Below, piece after piece: positions 16,148 to 25,201 of a DNA stretch of 32,000 nucleotides. The translations under genes and the position numbers were made by a program. The stretch lies in assembly GCA_030614005.1 (NCBI GenBank), contig JAUWKS010000029.1, positions 9,317-41,316 of the forward strand, given 5' to 3'. The notes beneath the pieces were generated by a model. It searched no databases and was not told where the DNA came from. It saw only the letters and a list, made by a program, of their open reading frames with translations. Source of the DNA: Candidatus Heimdallarchaeota archaeon. Lineage in GTDB: Archaea; Asgardarchaeota; Heimdallarchaeia; JABLTI01. Position 1 is the first letter of the stretch; every line of letters begins with the position of its first letter.

Positions 16148-17719
16148 TTAGCTGCCAATTATTTTTGCTATATTTCTGTTCATTTTGTCAGCTATTTCTC
16201 TTCTTTCTTTGCTTTTCGCTTTTCCTAAACCTATTTCCGTGATTATTTTTGTGTATCTTCCCGTTCCACTTGGTCTTATACTTATTACAAGATTGTTTTC
16301 ATTCTTATCTTGAACGATCAAGTTTTGACCATCCAATGTTGATCTATAGATTACTTCATGTTCTTTTGTAAGATAGTCCATTATTTCCTTGGATGATTTT
16401 AGGACTTTTTCTAGTCTTTGTGGATAATTCAAATTTAACATATCTATTTGTGTTTTTAACACATCTACTGACGGGAATTCCGGTAGCTTTTCATTCTCTT
16501 TGAACCAATGCATTAGCCATAGTGCATGTTGAAATGGAGATTTCATGCAAATTGGATGTGATTTATTGAAGAAGATGTCTGTATAGTCCGCACCTGATAT
16601 TTTATTTATGCTTGGGTTTTCTGCTAGTAGTTCTGCTACTCCTAAAAAGAATGCGGGTTCTCCTTGTGCAGTTGCATAAACTTTTTTTGTATATTTACTT
16701 AATGCTGAGAGCATTAGTAATGAAATTCTCTCTTGTACTAGCACATATTCATCTGGTTTAGTTACTTTTGCTTCTGCTATTAATCCCGTTGTAAACGATT
16801 CTTCTTGATTCATTACTATTTTATCTTTTCCGATTCCAGGTGTTTTCACAAGAAATGTTCTATCTGCATCTGCATCATGATTGAAAACTGCTTGTGTCTT
16901 TTTGTAATATTTTTCTGCCAATTCATCCCAAATTTCTCTTGGATCCCTATCTGGTGCTGTTGGATTTAAGACGTTATTGTCAAGAGAAATATCTGCATTT
17001 GATTCTCTATCGATTATTTCCCATATCTCCCCTGCCATACTATGCCTGCAATCAACGATAAATTCTCCTTCGATTTTATCCATTGGAGTCACTTTTTTTA
17101 GCGATTTGAAAAATTCCTCCCTCATATCTTTTGTATCTAGTTTTTCAACAGAGCCGATATCTTTTGGGTGCACCATTTGATTTTCCCCAATCATCCCTTC
17201 AATAACCGGTGCAAGTGTTCTTGGCAAAAATCCGAAAATGCTATTCTTTTTTATGCTTTTTGGAAAATCAATTGTTGCGCCATTTTTTTGTAAAAGATCA
17301 ACTGCATTTCCAATATTTATTACCAATTTCAATCCCACATATTGTTGTGGACTATGACTTCTTCCGAAAAAGCATCCTGGTAATCCGTGCTTATAGCATG
17401 AGAACATGAACTCTGGTACTGTTACAGGACCATCCAACTCGATGATATTTATCCCACTTCTTCTCATATATTCTTTTGAGCTTATTGAAATTGACTTGTG
17501 TACTCTGCTTCCATCGTATCCAATGAGAACATCACTTTCAATTGTTTTTGCAAAACCTGTCGCGTATTTATCAAAGAAATCAGCATTATATACGGAATAC
17601 AAATCTCGAGGTCCATTTGTTCCAGTTAATTGAGCTAGCTTGATATCAAATTTATATTTTGAAACAAAACTTGGATTAGATGTACTTAATACTAGTGGTT
17701 CTAGCTTTGGGAGAGTCAT
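16148..17719 (-). CDS. Divergent alpha-D-phosphohexomutase (PMM/PGM superfamily)
   Basis: TGTNGPR, DGSR, GRSHSP (phosphoserine loop), HDADADR (metal loop) and IRPSGT. ATG 17719 with a GGTGA Shine-Dalgarno. Confidence 0.85.
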   Translation of the reverse strand: MTLPKLEPLVLSTSNPSFVSKYKFDIKLAQLTGTNGPRDLYSVYNADFFDKYATGFAKTIESDVLIGYDGSRVHKSISISSKEYMRRSGINIIELDGPVTVPEFMFSCYKHGLPGCFFGRSHSPQQYVGLKLVINIGNAVDLLQKNGATIDFPKSIKKNSIFGFLPRTLAPVIEGMIGENQMVHPKDIGSVEKLDTKDMREEFFKSLKKVTPMDKIEGEFIVDCRHSMAGEIWEIIDRESNADISLDNNVLNPTAPDRDPREIWDELAEKYYKKTQAVFNHDADADRTFLVKTPGIGKDKIVMNQEESFTTGLIAEAKVTKPDEYVLVQERISLLMLSALSKYTKKVYATAQGEPAFFLGVAELLAENPSINKISGADYTDIFFNKSHPICMKSPFQHALWLMHWFKENEKLPEFPSVDVLKTQIDMLNLNYPQRLEKVLKSSKEIMDYLTKEHEVIYRSTLDGQNLIVQDKNENNLVISIRPSGTGRYTKIITEIGLGKAKSKERREIADKMNRNIAKIIGS

Positions 17720-17821
17720 TTTTTCACCAATAAACAGCTTACTTGGAATTAGTTTTAAATTCAATAAGTTATTACTATTTTGTATATTTGACCTTTTCCG
17801 GCATGGAATTCTGGTGATATC

Positions 17822-18238
17822 TTGAAATCGTTACAATTGGGTGGTATCTGTTCAAACTATTCTTGTGCAATTTGCTGCAAAGAAACAAAAATGATCCTTT
17901 CTTCTGAAGAAGTACAAATAATCATAGATTGTGGTTATGATAAAGAGGATTTTTGTTATGTTGATGAAGAAGGTTTTATCCGCTTAAAAAATGTTAATGG
18001 TATTTGTTTCTTTTTGCGTGATAACAAGTGTATTATCTATTCTTCACGACCACAAGGGTGCAAATTTTATCCAATTATCTTTGATTTAGATACAAACAAA
18101 GCGATTGTTGATCCCGATTGTCCTTTAGCTGTATCTATCTCGAGTAAAACGATATCTACCTTCAATAAAGATTTAAAGAAATTTATTAGAAAAATAATGG
18201 AAGAAAGAGAAAATTCTTCTGAAGAGAAAGAGTTTTAA
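17822..18238 (+). CDS. YkgJ-family cysteine cluster (CxxCxxCC) protein
   Basis: C..YSCAICCK...GICFFL...CIIYSSRPQGCKFYP. Confidence 0.88.
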   Translation: MKSLQLGGICSNYSCAICCKETKMILSSEEVQIIIDCGYDKEDFCYVDEEGFIRLKNVNGICFFLRDNKCIIYSSRPQGCKFYPIIFDLDTNKAIVDPDCPLAVSISSKTISTFNKDLKKFIRKIMEERENSSEEKEF

Positions 18239-18241
18239 TAC

Positions 18242-19030
18242 TCATTTTCTGATTTTCTTTTTCTTTGCTTCGAGTTTATTTGCTTCTTGTGTTTCCCCAA
18301 TTAAATGTAAAATTTTAATCGCGTTTGAATATTCTTTTTCAATAATGCTATCAAAATCAGGATCATTTTTCTTTTGATAGAACAGTGCTAAATCTTCATG
18401 TGCTTTTGCAATGTTCATTTTAGCTTTTTTAGCTGATTTTGCAGTTGTATCTTTTTCTTCAATAATTTGCTTCCTTGCCTTGGAATCAAAATCTTTGTTA
18501 TGAAGGAGTACTCTCTCGAGTAATAATGATACCTTACTGTAAAGATTACTTATTCTTTCAAATAAATGAATTGACCCTTCAACGTCATTATCATTCTTTG
18601 TTTGATTACTCAGATTCTCAAATATTTCAACCGATTGTTCATAGCAGTTCTTTGCTTTGTCAAAGCTCATTATATAGCTATACCCATCTGCAGCATCTTC
18701 GAAGTTCGAAGCTGCTTGTTTTTGATCTTTTCTAATAACTGCTTCTTTTGCAATATTTTCGAATCCAACAGCGGCTTTTTTCAAGCCAATTATTCCAATT
18801 ACTTGATACAGCTTATTTATCCTTGAAGCTTTATCAATTAGATTATTCCAGGCACGGATTGCTGCTAGTGCAAAATCAATAGCTAGTGCAAGATCATTGT
18901 TATCTTGAGCTAAGCCAACTAGATGTTCATATGTTTTTGCGGAGTCTTCCCACCTACTTGCTGCATAGTTAGCTTCAGCTTCCGACTTTAATTGTTTTAT
19001 TTGAGGCTTCATTCCCAAAACACTTTCCAA
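18242..19030 (-). CDS. TPR-like protein resembling alpha-SNAP (start possibly ATG 19012)
   Basis: All-helical Ala-rich repeats: WEDSAKTYE, AASNFEDAADGY...FDKAKNCYEQSVEIFE, AHEDLALFY. Confidence 0.55.
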   Translation of the reverse strand: MESVLGMKPQIKQLKSEAEANYAASRWEDSAKTYEHLVGLAQDNNDLALAIDFALAAIRAWNNLIDKASRINKLYQVIGIIGLKKAAVGFENIAKEAVIRKDQKQAASNFEDAADGYSYIMSFDKAKNCYEQSVEIFENLSNQTKNDNDVEGSIHLFERISNLYSKVSLLLERVLLHNKDFDSKARKQIIEEKDTTAKSAKKAKMNIAKAHEDLALFYQKKNDPDFDSIIEKEYSNAIKILHLIGETQEANKLEAKKKKIRK

Positions 19031-19163
19031 TTAGAACAATACAATATTTCTTTAGAATTTTATGCTCTTAAACTCTATGTTTAAGGTAAGAATGAATATC
19101 TATGAATAAAAAAATAGTGTTTGTGAAGATTATTATTAATCTTCACTTTAAATACTTTAAACC

Positions 19164-20921
19164 TTACTCGGTTTCATATTCGTCTAAATCTACTGCATCT
19201 TCCCCTTCTTCTTCATCGAGTTCCTCTTCAGGCTCTTCCGATTTTTCCGAAGGAGTGCCTTTTGGTGTTTTTACTACTCTAACGAAAAAGAAAGTTAATG
19301 CAATTAAACCTATGATAATTGTTAACGCAAATGTGATTATATATGGTATTGGAACATCTAATGGTTCAGGTCCTGGAGGAAATACTTCCAAATAAAGATC
19401 TGTCGTAGTATTGTAACCATACCCTCTTTTGTGACCGACAATATTAATATAAACTGTTCCTCTGCCAATTTCATTTGTGTCAATTGTGCAAGAGAAATTT
19501 GTGTTATCAGTGGTTTCCATGTTTATTTCTAACACTATATTGGAACTTCGCACTACTCTTAGTGTAACATTTATCCCTTCAATAAGAGTATTATTTTGAG
19601 CGATATATGTAACATTTGAGTTTATTATATCCCCTTGATTAAGGGTAAAAGTACTCAAATCAAAGTTTGAATTTTGAATCACTGCATACATCTTTGTTAA
19701 CCATTGTATTGTTCTTTGGAAAAAGAATTCATTTTCAGGGTTTCGTCCCATTTGTGTATCATTAAAGATATTTGCTGAACCGATTGTTGCAATTCGTCCA
19801 TTATTCTTTGTCTCTGTTAAAACGATTAGAGTATTATTTAAACCAATGGTTTCATTTTCATCAACAACACCATTTCCATTTTCGTCTGCAAAAGTTGTTT
19901 CATTACCACTTGCTAAAACGTAACTATCAACAATTTCTCCAGCGACTTGAAGGTCATAGAATTCCAAGCTTTCTTCTATCCAAGTTTCATTTATTTCTAA
20001 CATGGGTCCAGCATAATTTATTGTTGGAACTATTTCATCAGTTAATGGCACATATTGATTTTCTGTTAGAATTGGATGATCCATGAATTCTGAAACAAAA
20101 AATGTTGAAAGAGTATTATTTTCACCAATTGGATCACTTAAATCGGTTGAATTTATGCACATAGCTGTTGCATTATCAAAATGGATTCCAAATGGTTGAA
20201 TTAGTTCATTAACGTTTGTAAAAATCGAATCAGCTGAACCTGCTATTAAAAGCCCACCGCCATCTCTTACAAACTGAGTTATTGCTTCAATTTCAAATAT
20301 GGTGAAATTTTTTGTTGAATCGTTTGGTTCTAAAATAATTAAAAGATCTATACCAGCTAGTGTAGAATTAATAACATGAGCATCTTCATTAAAACTGAAC
20401 TTGAACTCACTATCTTGAATCCAATTAACTAACCCAGAATATTTTGATTTTATTCCATTGTTATCAGTATTGTGTCTCAAGTCGAAGAGGATGTTTACTT
20501 CATCATGTCTAGGTAAGTCAGGGACATAAGGATCTTCTACATTAAAGGTTCCTGTTTCTGAACAGTTTACTGAGGAGTAAGTAAATTCTCCAATTTTGTT
20601 TGCAATGAATTCAACTACAATTGTTGTATTAGCTTCAATTACTTCATTTATACCGTACTCGACTATTACAAAAGTGTGACCTATATCTATACTTTCTATT
20701 GTAAGGTTTACAGCTGCGCTTTCTTTTACTGTAAATGATTCAGGAGTAAACGCTGTCTTTGACACATTGATGTGTAAATTGAACTCACCAACATGAAATA
20801 GATCAGGTGTTAATTCATCATCAATTTGACTCTGCATTGCATTTGCTGCTAGGCTCTCTCCAATAACTAAAAAGGAGATTATTGATATTATCATTAGTAG
20901 TTTTTTTATCTTCAATTGCAA
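19164..20921 (-). CDS. Surface protein: signal peptide, cupredoxin-like domain, GldG/IFT52 (GIFT/DUF4350)-like domain, C-terminal TM and acidic tail
   Basis: FTPESFTVK...GHTF...GEFTY; ILFDLRH...DLLIILEP...EIEAITQFVRDGGGLLIAG...NELIQPFGIHF...GRIATIGS; TM YIITFALTIIIGLIALTFFFV; many NxS/T sequons. Confidence 0.7.
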   Translation of the reverse strand: MQLKIKKLLMIISIISFLVIGESLAANAMQSQIDDELTPDLFHVGEFNLHINVSKTAFTPESFTVKESAAVNLTIESIDIGHTFVIVEYGINEVIEANTTIVVEFIANKIGEFTYSSVNCSETGTFNVEDPYVPDLPRHDEVNILFDLRHNTDNNGIKSKYSGLVNWIQDSEFKFSFNEDAHVINSTLAGIDLLIILEPNDSTKNFTIFEIEAITQFVRDGGGLLIAGSADSIFTNVNELIQPFGIHFDNATAMCINSTDLSDPIGENNTLSTFFVSEFMDHPILTENQYVPLTDEIVPTINYAGPMLEINETWIEESLEFYDLQVAGEIVDSYVLASGNETTFADENGNGVVDENETIGLNNTLIVLTETKNNGRIATIGSANIFNDTQMGRNPENEFFFQRTIQWLTKMYAVIQNSNFDLSTFTLNQGDIINSNVTYIAQNNTLIEGINVTLRVVRSSNIVLEINMETTDNTNFSCTIDTNEIGRGTVYINIVGHKRGYGYNTTTDLYLEVFPPGPEPLDVPIPYIITFALTIIIGLIALTFFFVRVVKTPKGTPSEKSEEPEEELDEEEGEDAVDLDEYETE

Positions 20922-21314
20922 GTCTTAAACACCTCAAGATGTAAGAGTACGTACATTTAGCTTTTTTCGTTTGAATAAAACTTCAGTGCTACAATTTCTG
21001 CTTTTTTTATAGTTTAAAATCTTTTCTTTCGCTTTTTTTACTAAATACAATGTTTTCCTTTATGTAGTAGAAAATTATTCTCTACAAGTAAAAGGAAAGG
21101 GTTTTCCAGGTTTTTCATTCATCAAATGATGTCTTTTTAATCAATTTCTATTCCCAAATATCTTTTCGACGAAAAATCATTAGAAGATGACGCAAACGAT
21201 ATATTTTAATCGCGAATTATTCTTTAGTTAATAAGTTTAGATGATTTAATAAATCAAACTAAGCACAAGGATAATTAATTAAATGTTGAACCCTTGTATA
21301 AGTGAGTGTTAGCC

Positions 21315-21683
21315 ATGTCATCCCGAGTAGAACAAATTCATAATATTCTTACAAAATTAAAAGCAGGTCATGATGGTGTAGAAGGATGTCTCCTTGTTAC
21401 AGCTCAAGGATTACCTATTGATTCTGTTTTTGACGGTTCCACAGATGAAGACTTAATTTCAGCTATGACTGCAGCCATTTCTTCTGTATCTGAAAGAGTT
21501 ACTCAAGAGCTAGGAAAGGGTAAAATTAACAATATTTCAATTCTTGGTGAGAAGGGGTACATTATTTTACTTGATATAGCATCACGTGCTGTTCTAACCG
21601 TTCTTGCAAAAACCGAAGCAAATTTGGGTCTGATTTTACTTCTTGCTAGAAGATCTTGTACCCAACTTACTGAGTTAATCTAA
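21315..21683 (+). CDS. Roadblock/LC7 (MglB-like) protein
   Basis: GVEGCLLVTAQGLPI...DLISAMTAAISSVSERVTQELGKG...GEKGYIIL...NLGLILL. Confidence 0.92.
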   Translation: MSSRVEQIHNILTKLKAGHDGVEGCLLVTAQGLPIDSVFDGSTDEDLISAMTAAISSVSERVTQELGKGKINNISILGEKGYIILLDIASRAVLTVLAKTEANLGLILLLARRSCTQLTELI

Positions 21684-21691
21684 AGACTAGA

Positions 21692-21994
21692 TTATATTGT
21701 TGTTCCTTCAAAATCTTCTTCAGAAGGAATTAATTTTTCCAATCGTTTAAAGAGTTCTAAAAATTCTACTCCTGTAGGAGTTATTCTATAGACTGTTAGA
21801 TTCTCATCTTCATCATCATAAATCAAATTTCTTGCTAAAAGGAATAAAAGAATAGGTTTTGCTCTATCTACTGGGAGATTCGCTGCTCGAGATATTCTCG
21901 TTAAAGGAAGATCTGCTTGGAAGTAAATAATTTTCAAAATCTCATTATAGATTTCATATTTTGATCTTCTGAGACTAGATCTTCGCCTTGACAT
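21692..21994 (-). CDS. Archaeal winged-helix DNA-binding protein
   Basis: RRSKYEIYNEIL...LTRISRAANL...L...LI...YRITPTGVEFL. Confidence 0.85.
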   Translation of the reverse strand: MSRRRSSLRRSKYEIYNEILKIIYFQADLPLTRISRAANLPVDRAKPILLFLLARNLIYDDEDENLTVYRITPTGVEFLELFKRLEKLIPSEEDFEGTTI

Positions 21995-22152
21995 TTAGTA
22001 ACCCTTCTTGTTTTTGTCTTATTGTTCAATTCTTTATCAAAGATAATAATGTTTTGGAATTCGAAGACATTTTCATTTATTTAACAAAAAACTAATAATA
22101 TTTGAATAAATTGAATATCATTGAATATACTAAGTCTTTGGTTGGATGAATA

Positions 22153-22449
22153 CTGAATTATTTTGTCTATATGGTTAAATGTGCTGATAACACCCTTTAC
22201 ACAGGATATACAAGTAACTTAGAGCAACGTATAAAGCAACATAATTCTGGATCACAAGGAGCCCGATATACTAAAACTAGAAGACCAGTTAAATTAGTTT
22301 TTGTCGAAATTTATCAATCACAAAGAGAAGCAATAAAACGAGAGCTTGCTATTAAGAAACGCTCTCGAGAAGAGAAATTAAATTTAATCAAATTATCACC
22401 CATAAAACCACCAGTATTTTATGATACTGAGAACGACAATTCTAAGTAA
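22153..22449 (+). CDS. GIY-YIG nuclease, UPF0213/YazA-like
   Basis: (L/M)NYFVYMVKCADNTLYTGYT...RIKQHNSG..GARYTK.RRPVKLV...A..RE..IK. The first motif strand lies upstream of ATG 22171, implying a CTG start at 22153. Confidence 0.85.
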   Translation: MNYFVYMVKCADNTLYTGYTSNLEQRIKQHNSGSQGARYTKTRRPVKLVFVEIYQSQREAIKRELAIKKRSREEKLNLIKLSPIKPPVFYDTENDNSK

Positions 22450-22481
22450 GAATTGATGACCATGAAATACTTTTTTTGTAA

Positions 22482-23108
22482 TTAGTTTTTGATTTGATAC
22501 AAATCTATCTTTATTACATGTTGATTTTTCTTATGAAAATCATATTGCCTTGGTATCTCAAAATCCATTGATATGATATCTACTACTTCTGCGCCGTGTT
22601 CTTTACAGAATTTTCTAAAAAATTGTCTTGTTTTTTCCGCATGTGGATTAATTGAGTAAATTACTTGTGAATGTTGTAGAGCAGTAATTAGAAAATCTCT
22701 ATCTCGAGATACACTCTCTTTTCTCATTCCAAATGGAGGATTCATTATTGTTGTATTTATTTTCTTGAATTTTAATTCTCTAACATCACTACATATCCAA
22801 TTACAAATTTCCTCAAAATCGGTCTCCTTGCAATTAGTCTTTGCTACCGAAATTGAATTCAAATCTATATCAATTCCAAAAACATTTTTTGCGCCCAGAT
22901 ATGCTGCGCCAAGTGCAAGTATTCCTGAACCACAACCAAGGTCTAGGATATTCTTTTGATAGATATCATCATTTTCTATCCCAGCAATCCAGAGTAAATT
23001 AGCAGCTACTCGAGATGAAGTAGGATATTGTTCATATTTGATTTGTAGGTTAGGAATGGTCTCGAGATACTGTAAGAATATTTCAAGGTCTTTACGTTTT
23101 ACTCGCAA
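22482..23108 (-). CDS. METTL5-like (COG2263) N6-adenine RNA methyltransferase
   Basis: YEQYPT, LDLGCGSG.LALGA and NPPFG. Confidence 0.9.
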   Translation of the reverse strand: MRVKRKDLEIFLQYLETIPNLQIKYEQYPTSSRVAANLLWIAGIENDDIYQKNILDLGCGSGILALGAAYLGAKNVFGIDIDLNSISVAKTNCKETDFEEICNWICSDVRELKFKKINTTIMNPPFGMRKESVSRDRDFLITALQHSQVIYSINPHAEKTRQFFRKFCKEHGAEVVDIISMDFEIPRQYDFHKKNQHVIKIDLYQIKN

Positions 23109-23210
23109 TTATGAGTCTCCAAAATCCATATGCTGTTATATAGTTAGTATTATTAAAAAGAAATATCTTGAAAGGAAATAAATCCTTTCAAATTAACAGC
23201 TATTTCTCTA

Positions 23211-24551
23211 TTAAATAAAATCATTGAAAGCAGTTCTGAACTTTTTACCAGGATAGGCAGCATTGGATTCCAACTCATCATGGATACGTAAGAGTCGATT
23301 GTATTTTGCTGTTCGTTCTCCTCGAGCAACAGAGCCAGTTTTTATTTGACCGGCACATAAACCAACAACCAGATCAGCAATACTTGTATCTTCAGTTTCT
23401 CCACTTCTATGAGAAACAACAACAGAGAAATTTTTCTTCCAGCAGAATTTCGCAGCATCAATAGATTCAGTAATTGTTCCAATTTGATTAATCTTCAATA
23501 GAAGCGAATTAATGGAGTTATTCTTGATAGCCATCTCGAGACGTTTGATACTGGTTACAGTAAGATCATCTCCAACTATTTGGACTTTATCTCCCACTTT
23601 CTTTGTTAATTCAGCGAAACCGGCAAAGGACTCTTCATCAAATGGATCTTCAATGCTAGCAATAGGATATGATTTTATCAGATCCATCCAATAATCAACA
23701 AGTTCACCTTCGGTAATTGATTTCCCATCAATATTATATTTGGAATCAATGAAGAATTCTGCTGCAGCTGGATCTAAAGCAAAACTGATTTCCTTACCCA
23801 CTTTATAACCGGCAGCTTCTGTTGCTTCCTCTAAGAGTGCAAGCGCTTCATTACTTGTGTCTACAGGAGAGCCAAAACCACCCTCATCACCAATATTTGT
23901 AGCTAATGGACCATATTTTTTCTTCAATATTTTTTTCAAGCTCTGGTAAATTTCTGCAACAGATCTGATTCCATCACGAAAATTAGTAAAATCTACAGGC
24001 ATTAGCATAAATTCTTGAGGAGCAAGCTTTCCGCCAGCATGTTTTCCACCATTAATAACGTTAGCCATTGGAATTGGAAGTAAAAACTTCTCAGAAGATT
24101 TTCCATATGCTAAATCGTATATCTGTTTGTAAAGAGGAATTCCATTCTCTTCTGCACTCAATTTACAAGCTGCAAGTGAAACACCTAACATCGCATTTGC
24201 ACCCAGATTAGACTTATTTGGAGTACCATCTAATTCTAACATAGTTGTATCAATTAATCGAACATTTCTCGAATCAAATCCTTTCACTGCAGGAAAGATT
24301 TTATCATTGACATTGCTAATCGCTTGCAACACGCCTTTCCCATGAAATCTCTTGGGATCTTTATCGCGCATTTCAAGAGCTTCATTACTACCTGTGCTTG
24401 CACCAGATGGAACAGCAGCGATAACAGTTGTTCCTCCATCAGAAGTCATTTCAACTTCAACTGTTGGGTTACCTCGAGAGTCCAAAATTTCTCGAGCATG
24501 AATTTTCCTTATCTTGAATTTTGTATCATCTGACAAATTAATAACATCCAT
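23211..24551 (-). CDS. eno: Enolase
   Basis: AREILDSRGNPTVE, VPSGASTG, GDEGGF, SIEDPF, VGDDL, VVSHRSGETED, QIKTG and RTAKYNRLLRI. Confidence 0.99.
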   Translation of the reverse strand: MDVINLSDDTKFKIRKIHAREILDSRGNPTVEVEMTSDGGTTVIAAVPSGASTGSNEALEMRDKDPKRFHGKGVLQAISNVNDKIFPAVKGFDSRNVRLIDTTMLELDGTPNKSNLGANAMLGVSLAACKLSAEENGIPLYKQIYDLAYGKSSEKFLLPIPMANVINGGKHAGGKLAPQEFMLMPVDFTNFRDGIRSVAEIYQSLKKILKKKYGPLATNIGDEGGFGSPVDTSNEALALLEEATEAAGYKVGKEISFALDPAAAEFFIDSKYNIDGKSITEGELVDYWMDLIKSYPIASIEDPFDEESFAGFAELTKKVGDKVQIVGDDLTVTSIKRLEMAIKNNSINSLLLKINQIGTITESIDAAKFCWKKNFSVVVSHRSGETEDTSIADLVVGLCAGQIKTGSVARGERTAKYNRLLRIHDELESNAAYPGKKFRTAFNDFI

Positions 24552-24633
24552 TAATTACTTGATAAAAGTTAATTTAGTTTTAGATAAAAATGTAGCGATT
24601 TACAAGTGTAATAAAAGAAGAAAAGAAACTATT

Positions 24634-24771
24634 TTAGATGCTTTTTCTCTCTAGTCTTTTTTCTCGATTTTTCACTATATACCCAAATAGGCTATAACCA
24701 TTGAAGAGTGCAATGAAAAGCATTCCTAAACCTAATAATACAACAATTAACCATCTTTTATCGGTATTCAA
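24634..24771 (-). CDS. Small single-TM protein (45 aa)
   Basis: Not in the ORF track. TTG start, MNTDKRWLIVVLLGLGMLFIALFNGYSLFGYIVKNREKRLERKSI*, with GGGGA upstream. Confidence 0.55.
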   Translation of the reverse strand: MNTDKRWLIVVLLGLGMLFIALFNGYSLFGYIVKNREKRLERKSI

Positions 24772-25201
24772 TAACTATCCCCATAATGATTGAATATTAA
24801 AATATTGCTAATTAGAAGAAGCAAGATTGTTTATATTGGAAAAAAATAATCTATAAGTTGACAATTTTCGCTTCGAATCTGGGAATTGAAAATGCTACAC
24901 CAAAAAAGCTCCTAAATTACTCTACAAATAAGTTCGAGCAGCTAAAAGTGCTAGATCTATTACAAGACACGTTTTCACATGTGAGGAATTACAATGTTAT
25001 CTAGCTGAACACTGTTAAGTTTGAAATCAAAAACTTGCATTAGATTTCATTGATGAATGGTTAACAACCCAATTGAATAGGAAGATTGTGAAGCAAAGAA
25101 CAGTATAGTTCACGTTATGTACTCTATTTTTGTCCAACAGTCTATTTATTATACAAAGTTTGAACTCAATAGAAATGGTTACATGAGTTAATTCAAGGTA
25201 T

